Of a DNA stretch of 64,000 bases, positions 25,371 through 37,804 are shown in pieces. This DNA is from Octopus bimaculoides (taxonomy: Eukaryota). A model generated the notes under the pieces. It was given only the letters and a program-made list of their open reading frames with translations, was not told the origin of the DNA and searched no databases. Within the stretch, counting starts at the first letter, position 1, and each line of letters starts with the position of its first letter. The stretch spans positions 141,228,495 to 141,292,494 of the forward strand of contig NC_068983.1 in NCBI RefSeq assembly GCF_001194135.2. Direction: 5' to 3'. A program made the translations under genes and the position numbers.

Positions 25371-25883
25371 TGGCCTTCCAAACGCACACACATTCACACA
25401 CATGTATATACACACCCACGCGTGCATACACATACACATGCTGTGATATGTGTCTGCATGAGCGTAATAGATATATATGTGTGTGTGTATTTATATATAT
25501 ATTCATATGTGTGTATATATATTTGTGTGTGCTTGTGTGTGTATTAATGTGTTTGTATATACATATACTTATACATATACACACACATATAGACACACAC
25601 ACACATATATATATAGAAACTCACACTCATATATATATATGCGCACGCACATGTGTGTGTATGTGTGTGGTAAACATTGAAGATTAGAGTTAGCGATGTT
25701 TTCATTTCCTAATTTACAATAGTTTTATATAATTCTATGTTGATTTATCTTGCGTTGTGAATATAAACACGTCTACAATTAATCATTTACTCTTATAATC
25801 ACTGTTTAGATACTGCATCCTTATAAAGTATATACATTAATGCGTATGTGTGTATGTATGTATATATGTGTGTATTTATGTAT

Positions 25884-26005
<122 letters not shown>

Positions 26006-26064
26006 ATGTAATTTAAATAATAAGGGTGATAAATTGGATATTAATTTAATTAGCACCAATTTAA

Positions 26065-26687
26065 AACCAGTGGCCTAGCATAAAGAAAAGGTTTAAGGAC
26101 GGCATAAGGACTACCACGATGTCACTTGGAATCGCTCCAGAAGATATAGAAACCCTTGCTTCAGATCGAGTTGGATGGCGAACAATGGTGTGGAGTAGGG
26201 TAAAAGCATTTGAAGAGGCCAAGATAACGCAAGTAAGATTCAAACGAGATCTAAGGAAGAATGTAACGATCGAGAAGGTGAATGGCAATGACCTTTTTGT
26301 GTGCACAGTCTGTGACAGACCATGCCTGTCTTTGGCTGGCTTCAAATCTCATTTGCGAACGCATGGAAAACGAACATCCACCGACTATTCTGACTATATG
26401 TGTGTGCACACATTTGAATGCAGTGTATGCCAGAAGATTTGCAAATCCAACAGAGGACTTAAAAGACATGTTAAGATCCACAAAGAGCAGAACTTATCTG
26501 CAGGTATTGGTGGTCCAAATCAGAGGCGCAATATATGTGGGTGTCTTTTCAGAACGTTGTCTGGTTTAAAAAGTCACATCAGACGCAATGATGGTGCTAA
26601 GGTGTAGCTACAGGAGGTGTTCAAACTCTGTATAAGGAATAAACAACCATGTATGTATGTAAGTATGTATGTATGTATGTATGTATG
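26065..26687 (+). mobile_element. 5'-truncated RTE (BovB-like) LINE 3' end with three C2H2 zinc fingers and (ATGT)n tail
   Basis: KKRFKDGIRTTTMSLGIAPEDIETLASDRVGWRTMVWSRVKAFEEA is the RTE C-terminal signature (RFKD...ETLA.DR..WR..V..G...FE). It is followed by three CX2C-X12-HX3H units, a stop at 26607, a short UTR and an (ATGT)n tail at about 26650-26687. Confidence 0.9.
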
Positions 26688-27297
26688 ACTGTGTTTTCTA
26701 TATATTGCAAGCGAGGTAACTGCTGCCATGTCTGATGATCTTAAAGCTAGGGCGGCAGGAATTATCTCCCAATTGCAATAAATATCGGGTGTAAGAAATG
26801 CACTGAGTAGACCAACTCAAGGAGATATCTTATTGGGGTTAAATGGTAATATCGTCGTCTCTTAGATGACAACCACATTAAAGTGGCCATAATCCATAAT
26901 ATATGTAGATATATATATATATATAAGTCAGTAAATTGTGGGGTTGTGTTAACCGCACGTGGAGAAATAATAGGAAAATAAAAGATAATAAGGCAGAATG
27001 CTAAACTGAAAGCATATCTTAATATAGATGTGTATAAGGAGGATTAAAAAGGATTTCTAACCGGCTTTCATTGGATGGCAAATTTTCAAAAAGAGGGAGA
27101 ATGAAAATGTTTTTTACCAAAAAAATTTTTTAAATAATATATAAAAAAATAAATATACCAAAACATTATATTGTCATATATATATATATTAATATAATAT
27201 ATAAATATTATATATACATATATATATACATTATGTATGTATATAAGTGCATGTGTGGGGCGGCGTGTGTATGTGAATGTGTTTTAGGTACGTTTGA

Positions 27298-27345
<48 letters not shown>

Positions 27346-27739
27346 NNNNNNNNNNNNNNNNNNNNNNNNNNNNNNNNNNNNNNNNNNNNNNNNNNNNNNN
27401 NNNNNNNNNNNNNNNNNNNNNNNNNNNNNNNNNNNNNNNNNNNNNNNNNNNNNNNNNNNNNNNNNNNNNNNNNNNNNNNNNNNNNNNNNNNNNNNNNNNN
27501 NNNNNNNNNNNNNNNNNNNNNNNNNNNNNNNNNNNNNNNNNNNNNNNNNNNNNNNNNNNNNNNNNNNNNNNNNNNNNNNNNNNNNNNNNNNNNNNNNNNN
27601 NNNNNNNNNNNNNNNNNNNNNNNNNNNNNNNNNNNNNNNNNNNNNNNNNNNNNNNNNNNNNNNNNNNNNNNNNNNNNNNNNNNNNNNNNNNNNNNNNNNN
27701 NNNNNNNNNNNNNNNNNNNNNNNNNNNNNNNNNNNNNNN

Positions 27740-27793
<54 letters not shown>

Positions 27794-28302
27794 TCCTGTC
27801 ATTTTCCTGTCAAAACTGATTCTTAGTATCGACCACTATAAATGTTGATGAATGCTCAATATACAGGTGAAATAGCAAAACATTTTCCGCATATTATTTA
27901 GGAGAGTGTTGTGAATAAAACTTTTTATGGACGCCGTGTCTCCATGGTATAAATTTCTTGATCATTAATTGCGAACATAATATTAGTCAAAATGAAACTG
28001 TTGTCACAATAGTAAGCTTTGAAATAAAAATAATATCGAAACGTCCTATCTTCAATGTTTATTGTTTATACTCTACGGCGAATAAGTAATATGTTTCTGT
28101 TCATTACAAAAGTAGTTTTGTAAGGGAATCTTCCGCCTCCATATTGCAGATAGCCGTTGCCCATAGAAATACTTCCCGAGGTAAGTACCTGTATATTACC
28201 CCAACTGACCTGTTATATATGCATACACACACACATACATATGGAAAAAGGGAGATGAAACATATATGTGTATATATATATATGTATATTTTGGCTTTTG
28301 TT

Positions 28303-28592
28303 GGCACTCCGTCGCTTACGACGTCGAGGGTTCCTGTTGATCCGATCAACGGAACAGCCTGCTCGTGAAATTAACGTGCAAGTGGCTGAGCACTCCACNN
28401 NNNNNNNNGCTCGTGAAATTAACGTGCAAGTGGCTGAGCACTCCACAGACGCGTGTACCCTTAACATAGTTCTCGGGGATATTCAGCGTGGCACAGTGTG
28501 ACAAGGCTGACTCATTGAAATACAGGTACAACACAAACAGGAAAAAAGAGTGAGAGAAAGTTGTGATGGTGATGGAAGAGTACAGCAGGGTT
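28303..28592 (-). mobile_element. tRNA-derived SINE family B (3' part, interrupted by two 10-N gaps)
   Basis: Near-identical to 7618-7860 (caacggaacagcctgctcgtgaaattaacgtgcaagtggctgagcactccac...). Confidence 0.9.
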
Positions 28593-28675
28593 NNNNNNNN
28601 NNTAGAAATGCAGAGACGCCTATAATATATATATATATATATATATATCCATATATTATATATCTCCATATAATT

Positions 28676-28707
<32 letters not shown>

Positions 28708-28959
28708 TACATAAATACATATATATCCATATATTATATATATACTTGCATATATATAATATATATATACATATACACACACAAACACACATAGATGCAT
28801 ACATATAATATATATTTACATACACACACACACATATATACATATATATCAATATATTAGATATATACATGCATGCACATACACACGTACACACGCACAC
28901 ACACACACGCACTCTCACACACACACACAAACACACACATATTTATATTTTATCTTGAG

Positions 28960-30118
28960 CCAACAGCCGAAGGAAAAAATCTTATTCGACCTGGAAGTCA
29001 ACTTTTGTCGAACAGCCTACCAACTCAAATGGCTATCGGTGACAAAGAAGAACAACACAATCGGCAAATTTCCCTTGTACCAACTAGACCACTTACTCCA
29101 CCCACCCCCAACCAGCCAAGAACTCAACCACAAACTATCCAGATTGAAACTTTCTATCTCCAACATCGTAAGGAAGGAATCGAAAATAACTCCAAACTTA
29201 ACCAAGGCGCAACATAAAACACTAACTAAAAAACAAAAACCTTGTATACTTACCATCAGATAAAGGAAAGGAAATCTGCGTGATTTCTTGTGAAATATAT
29301 GATAGACTGGCACAAGAACATTTAAACAATGACAGGCTATATTCTGAAGTGACAGATATAACTGCGACCAGGATTGAGGACCGAATTAACACCGCATGGA
29401 CGGACATCTGTAGACGGAGACAAATACATAATAAATTCAAGAACAACTTCATCACAAAGAACAGTAGATTACCTAGATTTTATCACCTCATTAAAACACA
29501 CAAGAATAGCAACACGATCCAGATTAGACCCATCGTCTCCAACGTGGAAGGACCTCTATATAAAATATCCTGGTTACTTTCTCACATCCTGAAATCCATA
29601 CGCTCCACCTTTCCTGGACACGTCAATAACTCCGACGAAGTCATCAAAAGACTGCACCAATTGCCCCTAGACCAACCCAGGCGAAGCAGATATGCCTTTA
29701 GTCTTGACGTTGTCTCAATGTACACAACGGTGCCAGCACACTCGGCAGTCAACCTATTGATTGACTGCATAATAGTGTCCGACATCCAATGTTTCGGACT
29801 TCCCGTAGCTGATATACATCAACTTTTGTCCATCATCGTGGACAACACCTACTTCTCTTTCCAGGACCACATATACAAACGAAAAACAGGTCTCCCCATG
29901 GGATCCAGTTTCTTGAGCCTACTATCCATCACTTATATGAACCATCTGGAACGTCGAGCACTCAACATCTGCCGCTCATGCGCCTTCTTTACCAGGTACG
30001 TAGATGACATTCTCATACTCACATCCTCCCGTGAAGGGGCTGAGAGAATACTCACGACGTTCAATAACATGGACATGAACATAAAGTTCACAATAGAACA
30101 TCCCGACATCACTGGATC
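28960..30118 (+). mobile_element. Penelope-like element (PLE) reverse transcriptase, 3'-truncated, one frameshift
   Basis: PSDKG motif, RFYHLIKTHK, IRPIVSN, FSLDVVSMYT, YK..TGLPMGS, TRYVDDILIL and IKFTIE are the PLE RT motifs in order. ORF 29280-30167 is open; a frameshift near 29223-29230 separates the N-terminal frame (28955-29263). Confidence 0.93.
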
Positions 30119-30300
30119 GGATGTTGCTTTTACATGTTACCGGCACAGGAGCCAGTCGGCACAGTAGCATCAACCACGTTCGAATGGTGCTTTTAAAATG
30201 GGCTGGTTATGCGACACTGGTATAGGCTACGGCTGTGATCTCACTTTACTTGCCGGATCTTCTCAATCACAACATATCTCCAAAGGTATTGGTCACTTGT
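30119..30300 (-). repeat. Interspersed repeat fragment, probably a LINE 3' UTR
   Basis: Abrupt loss of PLE similarity after EHPDITGS. I recognise this GC-richer segment (ggctacggctgtgatctcactttacttgccgg) as a recurrent repeat, but I cannot verify it here. Confidence 0.35.
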
Positions 30301-33300
30301 ATATATGTGTGTGTGTGTGTGTCTATGCATGTATATATCTAATATATGGATATATATATGTACGTATACATATGTACGTGTATGTATATATATCATATAT
30401 ATATATATATAAATATATATATNNNNNNNNNNNNNNNNNNNNNNNNNNNNNNNNNNNNNNNNNNNNNNNNNNNNNNNNNNNNNNNNNNNNNNNNNNNNNN
30501 NNNNNNNNNNNNNNNNNNNNNNNNNNNNNNNNNNNNNNNNNNNNNNNNNNNNNNNNNNNNNNNNNNNNNNNNNNNNNNNNNNNNNNNNNNNNNNNNNNNN
30601 NNNNNNNNNNNNNNNNNNNNNNNNNNNNNNNNNNNNNNNNNNNNNNNNNNNNNNNNNNNNNNNNNNNNNNNNNNNNNNNNNNNNNNNNNNNNNNNNNNNN
30701 NNNNNNNNNNNNNNNNNNNNNNNNNNNNNNNNNNNNNNNNNNNNNNNNNNNNNNNNNNNNNNNNNNNNNNNNNNNNNNNNNNNNNNNNNNNNNNNNNNNN
30801 NNNNNNNNNNNNNNNNNNNNNNNNNNNNNNNNNNNNNNNNNNNNNNNNNNNNNNNNNNNNNNNNNNNNNNNNNNNNNNNNNNNNNNNNNNNNNNNNNNNN
30901 NNNNNNNNNNNNNNNNNNNNNNNNNNNNNNNNNNNNNNNNNNNNNNNNNNNNNNNNNNNNNNNNNNNNNNNNNNNNNNNNNNNNNNNNNNNNNNNNNNNN
31001 NNNNNNNNNNNNNNNNNNNNNNNNNNNNNNNNNNNNNNNNNNNNNNNNNNNNNNNNNNNNNNNNNNNNNNNNNNNNNNNNNNNNNNNNNNNNNNNNNNNN
31101 NNNNNNNNNNNNNNNNNNNNNNNNNNNNNNNNNNNNNNNNNNNNNNNNNNNNNNNNNNNNNNNNNNNNNNNNNNNNNNNNNNNNNNNNNNNNNNNNNNNN
31201 NNNNNNNNNNNNNNNNNNNNNNNNNNNNNNNNNNNNNNNNNNNNNNNNNNNNNNNNNNNNNNNNNNNNNNNNNNNNNNNNNNNNNNNNNNNNNNNNNNNN
31301 NNNNNNNNNNNNNNNNNNNNNNNNNNNNNNNNNNNNNNNNNNNNNNNNNNNNNNNNNNNNNNNNNNNNNNNNNNNNNNNNNNNNNNNNNNNNNNNNNNNN
31401 NNNNNNATATATATATATATATATATATAATCCATATGTATGCAGCAAACACTTAACAGTTGTGTATTTACATACACACATACATACACGCATACCACAT
31501 ACACCACGACACACGTACATATATATGTGTATGTATGTACGTATGTATGTAACACACACTGCGGTTTTTAGAATACATTATTCGCCAGCTATTGATATAC
31601 AGATAAAAGAGGGAGAAAGTTTTCTGAGAGCCTATTTCAAATGTTGTTGACCACTCCATAGGTTACAAGAGCACCAAATACTCACTTTCAGACTTTCCCT
31701 TTTGCAGTGGTTTCAATGCCATGGACAGGATGCAACTTTCTTGCGCAAGAAATCAAGTTGGTAATGCCATATTTAGATATATCAGAGGTAGTCATATCCA
31801 GGCACACCAGTCCGAATATACAGACTCTCAAAATCTAGTGTTTTTAAAGAAAACAAGAAATTAGGAGTGCAACTGAAGATTCATATGTCCCATTATCTGC
31901 ACCAATCTACCATCTAAAATATAAAATGAATTCCTTCCTATCTGCTCAAATTTCGTTTGTTTTTCTAAAGTTTGTATCCTTGTATTTCGATATCTTTGGT
32001 TTTTCATCGTTATATTAATAGCTGAATAAATATTTAATTCCATCTGAAGAACAAAAAGAAAATGCAGACAATTCAAAAATGAGGAAAACAAAAGGGTAAA
32101 GAAAATGATGTCATATGAATAAGGCAAAAATATTTATTAACGATAGGGAAACGTTAAACTAAATCAGAAATTGAGATATGAAGTAGTTTATTGCGATTTC
32201 TGAAAACAGTCTTTGACAATTGATTAAAAAAAGATCTCATTACATGGTAGTATTCTGTTCTACAGTAAATATTAGATTTATTGTTAAGAAGCAAAATCTC
32301 AATGATTTGAATGAATTATCCTGTTGGAAAACGTAACTACAATATCATGTTGGTACAGCTATCACCTGTGAACTAATTCTTACCTAACTGGGTTTCCATA
32401 TATTTTTTCTCTATTTTAAATGTTGCTGCTATGAATGACATGTAATATATGAATAGATAAACGAGTGACAGAGGTGAATATCTATCAAACTTATTCCTGT
32501 ACATATCACACATTTATCTCAATCATTTCAACTCTGCGGATTTCATATGAATATTACTTGAGATATACAGATGTGGTGAGTAGAAGATTATTTCAGCTAT
32601 CATTTTTTCTATCATGTACAAATTGTTATTTTTATGATACAATTTATTAGTTCTTAATCAAGCTTGATACAACAAAACCTTCATTAGAGACGTTCTAGCT
32701 AGGACCGTCTAGCTTATAACTCTTTTGGAAATTCATTACCTAATGATTCTACTCTTAAAAAAAACGTAAAGTTATATTTGACGGAAATTTTACAAATAAC
32801 TTTTAAAAGGTTATATCACGACAACGAGTCTCCCCCATTAGATCTAGAATGGATAATTTCCCTATTGGATCTAGTAAAATAATTTTCACTGGTATTGAGG
32901 TAACTATGATTTTACTAGGATTAATTTCCTCTATTTATTAGCTTAATTTTCTGCTGATTATTGCTTGTTTAGTAATTTTGTTGTCGCAAAATATAGAAAA
33001 TCGAAGATAATACTTGAAATAGTGATCATCGCATTCACTTGACGTTTCTATTTAGTTAGATTGAGTTCAATAGTGTATAAGAATTTTCATTTTCGTTGTA
33101 GAACCAGTGAAAATTGCATGTATATATAAAAGAAAATAGTAGCGATCTGCTTTGGGTAAGATTTTTGCGTGAGGCTTGTAAATTTGTATAAAATTATATA
33201 CCTTTGAGGCGAAGAGAATGCGAGAAATAAATTTGCTCGAAAACGTCAAGATCCTCATCACTTTTTGGCTTACAAACATCCGAATTAGTAACATCGCTAA

Positions 33301-34043
33301 ATAACTGACATGGCCAAACCTTTGCATTTGAAATGGTTAAAGATTAAGAAAAGTAAAAAAATATTATAACAAAGCTCTATCTCAGCGTACACATGGTGAT
33401 AGACTTAGGTCTGTGAGTTTAATGTGTGAATGGCATTCTTATTGTACTGGCTTTCTTCGTTACGTTGCACGGGCTCATTTCATTCATTTGTCAACTGCAT
33501 TTCTTTTTTGCTGTCTTACCCTTTCCTGTTATCTACATATTCATTGTTTTTTGTGTTTATGCTATATACTATATTGTGATTTTCAAATACAAGCTGGAAC
33601 ATTCTTAGAGCCCACCTCTTTAAATGATCTCTTACAATTTAAAATTTTAAAATTTATATCAGATAGTTGAATAAATAAAAAACATTATTTATTGAATTTT
33701 CATAATCTTTAAATTTGTATATGAAGGTGAAATTAATGAGAAGAAAACAATCGGAAACTCGACACATCGAAATTCTATAAAAAAAATATCAAGATCACAC
33801 ATGACGAATAATATATTTGCTCAAGCTATTACAAACCATAAAGCAAAGTAACTGACAAACCAAACCTATGTTTCTCGTCTATATTAAAACTACCACCAAA
33901 ACACTTCTTTCAGTGTTTAAGACTAAGGCGTCTGAACATTAATATATCTTCCTATTTTATCATTTGATTCATTCGAACAATATACAAAGTGTTAATATCT
34001 GAAACCTGCAACTCTCTTTTTCCCTTCTCGAGCAACTGCATGC

Positions 34044-34113
<70 letters not shown>

Positions 34114-34992
34114 NNNNNNNNNNNNNNNNNNNNNNNNNNNNNNNNNNNNNNNNNNNNNNNNNNNNNNNNNNNNNNNNNNNNNNNNNNNNNNNNNNNNNNN
34201 NNNNNNNNNNNNNNNNNNNNNNNNNNNNNNNNNNNNNNNNNNNNNNNNNNNNNNNNNNNNNNNNNNNNNNNNNNNNNNNNNNNNNNNNNNNNNNNNNNNN
34301 NNNNNNNNNNNNNNNNNNNNNNNNNNNNNNNNNNNNNNNNNNNNNNNNNNNNNNNNNNNNNNNNNNNNNNNNNNNNNNNNNNNNNNNNNNNNNNNNNNNN
34401 NNNNNNNNNNNNNNNNNNNNNNNNNNNNNNNNNNNNNNNNNNNNNNNNNNNNNNNNNNNNNNNNNNNNNNNNNNNNNNNNNNNNNNNNNNNNNNNNNNNN
34501 NNNNNNNNNNNNNNNNNNNNNNNNNNNNNNNNNNNNNNNNNNNNNNNNNNNNNNNNNNNNNNNNNNNNNNNNNNNNNNNNNNNNNNNNNNNNNNNNNNNN
34601 NNNNNNNNNNNNNNNNNNNNNNNNNNNNNNNNNNNNNNNNNNNNNNNNNNNNNNNNNNNNNNNNNNNNNNNNNNNNNNNNNNNNNNNNNNNNNNNNNNNN
34701 NNNNNNNNNNNNNNNNNNNNNNNNNNNNNNNNNNNNNNNNNNNNNNNNNNNNNNNNNNNNNNNNNNNNNNNNNNNNNNNNNNNNNNNNNNNNNNNNNNNN
34801 NNNNNNNNNNNNNNNNNNNNNNNNNNNNNNNNNNNNNNNNNNNNNNNNNNNNNNNNNNNNNNNNNNNNNNNNNNNNNNNNNNNNNNNNNNNNNNNNNNNN
34901 NNNNNNNNNNNNNNNNNNNNNNNNNNNNNNNNNNNNNNNNNNNNNNNNNNNNNNNNNNNNNNNNNNNNNNNNNNNNNNNNNNNNNNNNNNNN

Positions 34993-35075
34993 GACGGTGT
35001 GGCCATATTGTTCGAATGGCGGATGAACGCACACCCAAGCAATTGTTTTATGATGAGCTTACAGAGGAGAATTAC
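34993..35075 (+). mobile_element. RTE (BovB-like) LINE post-RT fragment
   Basis: RCGHIVRMADERTPKQLFYDELTE matches RWxGHVxRM.D.R.PKQL.YGEL; the upstream part is lost in an N gap. Confidence 0.85.
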
Positions 35076-36014
35076 GAATATGGATTTTTTAAATTCCACC
35101 CACCACCCTAATTCAAAAAGTTTTTATTTTGTTTATTTTAAAGAGACCGTAGCGAATTGACAAACATATGCCAATCGAAATTAAATCTAAACAAAAACAT
35201 TAAAGTGAAAAGAATTTTCGTTTTACTTGTGTAAATAAGAATTCAATGTAAATTAAATATACACCATTCTATGAGAAACAAACATTAATGTTTAATAATT
35301 AATGTTATAAAGTTTAATAGGGGCTCAAATTTCACCCCTCCCACAATTTAAAATTTTGAAATTTTTCATCCATTTATTTATTTACCTGTCTATCTATTTA
35401 TCCCTGTCCGTTTATTCATCAAATATATTTGCCAACTAAATGTGGCGGTCCTATAGAAGACGGTGTTACTATTGTTTTTTGCCCCAGAAAGACATTCATA
35501 TCTATCTATCTCTTTATACACCTATCTCTATGCTTATTGAATTTAAAATTTTGAGAACGTGGTTTCTTGCATATTCGGAATTTCCGTCATCTAAGACATA
35601 AGGGGGAAAAATTTCGAAAAAGTTCAAAATTTTAAATGGGCGGGGGTTAATTTTTTTTGCATATTCGTAATCTCCGACATCTAAAACGTAGGAATCCGAA
35701 ATTTTTTTTTTTTCTAATTGCATTTTTCAAGGAGAGGTGCGAAACTGCATCAGCCCCCGTTTCTCTTATGACCATCGACAAGCTATTGCTATTAAAGGGA
35801 CGTCATTATTACATAAAATTGATACACGTATACTCATATACGACTAAATGAATGCGTACATAGAGAAGATATACCAGTATGTAGGCAACAGAAATGGCGT
35901 CGGGTCTAGGTATTTACATACCTACACATATGTAGTGATCATAAAAATGATGGGTGCGAGCGTATCATCCGTTCGTCAACTCATAGATACAGGAAACTAT
36001 TAAATAGGCGTTCT

Positions 36015-36497
36015 GTGAAATTATCATATAGCTGCTGCCCCAGTATGAAGAGTATCATTACACGTGGTCAATACCAAGAACCTGAATCCACTTGCAGCTG
36101 TCGCGACCCTGGATCCTATCCGCTTGACCAACGATGTATGACTAAATCTATCAAATATTAGGCAGAAGTTACTGCAACCCTAAATAATAATACAACTGAT
36201 AAGAAGACCTGTACTGAATTATGTGAAGGTGAATTTAAAAAGTTCTATGCCAATCACATAGCCTCGTTCCAACATTGGGACAAAAGTAAAGCTACTAAGC
36301 TGGCTAGCTACGTATAGACTTTGAAAGATAAGGAAACACCGCATGTGATAAAATAGAAAATAATTTAGAAATCCATACCTTATGTGAATGGATCGAATAA
36401 ATGTAGACTTTGTTTGACTGAAATAGCGCAGATCCTGTTCAGATCTAAAATCCTTAACTCTCTGTTGAACTCCAGATCAGAAATTTTCAGTGGTTGC
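36015..36497 (+). mobile_element. Penelope-like element linker + GIY-YIG endonuclease remnant
   Basis: Single frame KLSYSCCPSMKSII...CSCRDPGSYPLDQRC...EGEFKKFYANHIASF...TKLASYV*TLK...KCRLCLTE...LLNSRSEIFSGC. Four in-frame TAG stops, no frameshift. Confidence 0.9.
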
Positions 36498-36833
36498 GTG
36501 TGTAGTAGTTTGACATGGATGATGGTGGAATATTAGAGAATCAAGACAGGTGTACATGTATTGTTTATGAATGTCTTTTCGCGGAGAGCAAGCAAATAAA
36601 TCAGGTAATACAAATATTTAGCGACGATGATTTATTGTAAAATGCTACGGCATTCTGGTATGTACAGCTTGCAAAAACAGTGTGTGACACCACGTGTAGG
36701 ACAAAGAAAGAGAACTAGCAGTCCTAGCTGTGGCCAGTCTCCTTATCAGCCGGGTTCCTTATATGCCTTTCACGACTTCCCTTATCTCTAAGGGCTTTTG
36801 TGTTTTGCGCATGCGTTGTGGCTACCTGCATAT

Positions 36834-37254
36834 CTCTTTTACTCTTTTACTCTTTTACTCTTTTACTCGTTTCAGTCATTTGACTGCGGCCATGCTGGAG
36901 CACCGCCTTAAGTCGAGAAAATCGACACCAGGACTTATTCTTTGTAAGCCTAGTACTTATTCTATCGGTCTCTTTTGCCGAACCGCTAGGTTACGGGGAC
37001 GTAAACACACCAGCATCGGTTGTCAAGCGATGTTGGGGGGACAAACACAGACACAGAAACACACACATATATTTACATATACATATATACGATGGGCTTC
37101 TTTCAGTTTCTGTCTACCAGATCCACTCACAAGGCTTTGGTCGGCCCGAGACTATAGTAGAAGACACTTGCCCAAGGTGGCACGCAGTGGGACTGAACCC
37201 GGAACCATGTGGTTGGTAAGCAAGCTACTTACCACACAGCCACTCCTGCGCCTA
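36834..37254 (-). mobile_element. tRNA-derived SINE, family C (full length, least diverged copy) with (GTAAAAGA)-type tail
   Basis: Minus head taggcgcaggagtggctgtgtggtaagtagcttgcttacc...ggttccgggttcagtcccactgcg has A and B boxes. It also has an internal microsatellite and a tandem-repeat tail at 36834-36868. Confidence 0.92.
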
Positions 37255-37625
37255 TATAAATATATTTTAAAGAACTGGAAAATTCCACCTGTTCCTGACT
37301 GACTTGATATTTTTCCAACCTTATTATTTAAGGTCTAAGGAGGATAGTGCCTTTACCTTTTTACTTTTTATTTTTTACATTTTAGTTACTGTTTTTTTTT
37401 TGTTTTCCGTTTCCCGTTTTTCATTTCCCGTTGTTTACCGTCTGCGTTTTCTATATGCTGCCTTCTTAGTTTTCTCGCGTTTCTTCTATTATTCAATTTC
37501 TTTAGTTCGTTATATGTGGTTTGCGCCTAAAGAATATGTTTGAGTTTTCTCAACATAAGAAACTATTAGTAGCGCTTTAATACATGTATTGTGACCTTTA
37601 AATAAATAATATATATAGGTGTATG

Positions 37626-37671
<46 letters not shown>

Positions 37672-37759
37672 CACATGCCAATTCATATTACTAAAGAACA
37701 TTGGCTCACCATCAATCAGGTATCTGCCCATTGATGCCACAATATCTTTCTGACATGTG

Positions 37760-37804
<45 letters not shown>

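Noticed and set aside
28370-28446. Apparent 38-bp direct repeat inside the SINE at 28303
   Set aside because: The two copies flank a 10-N gap; most likely an unmerged contig overlap.
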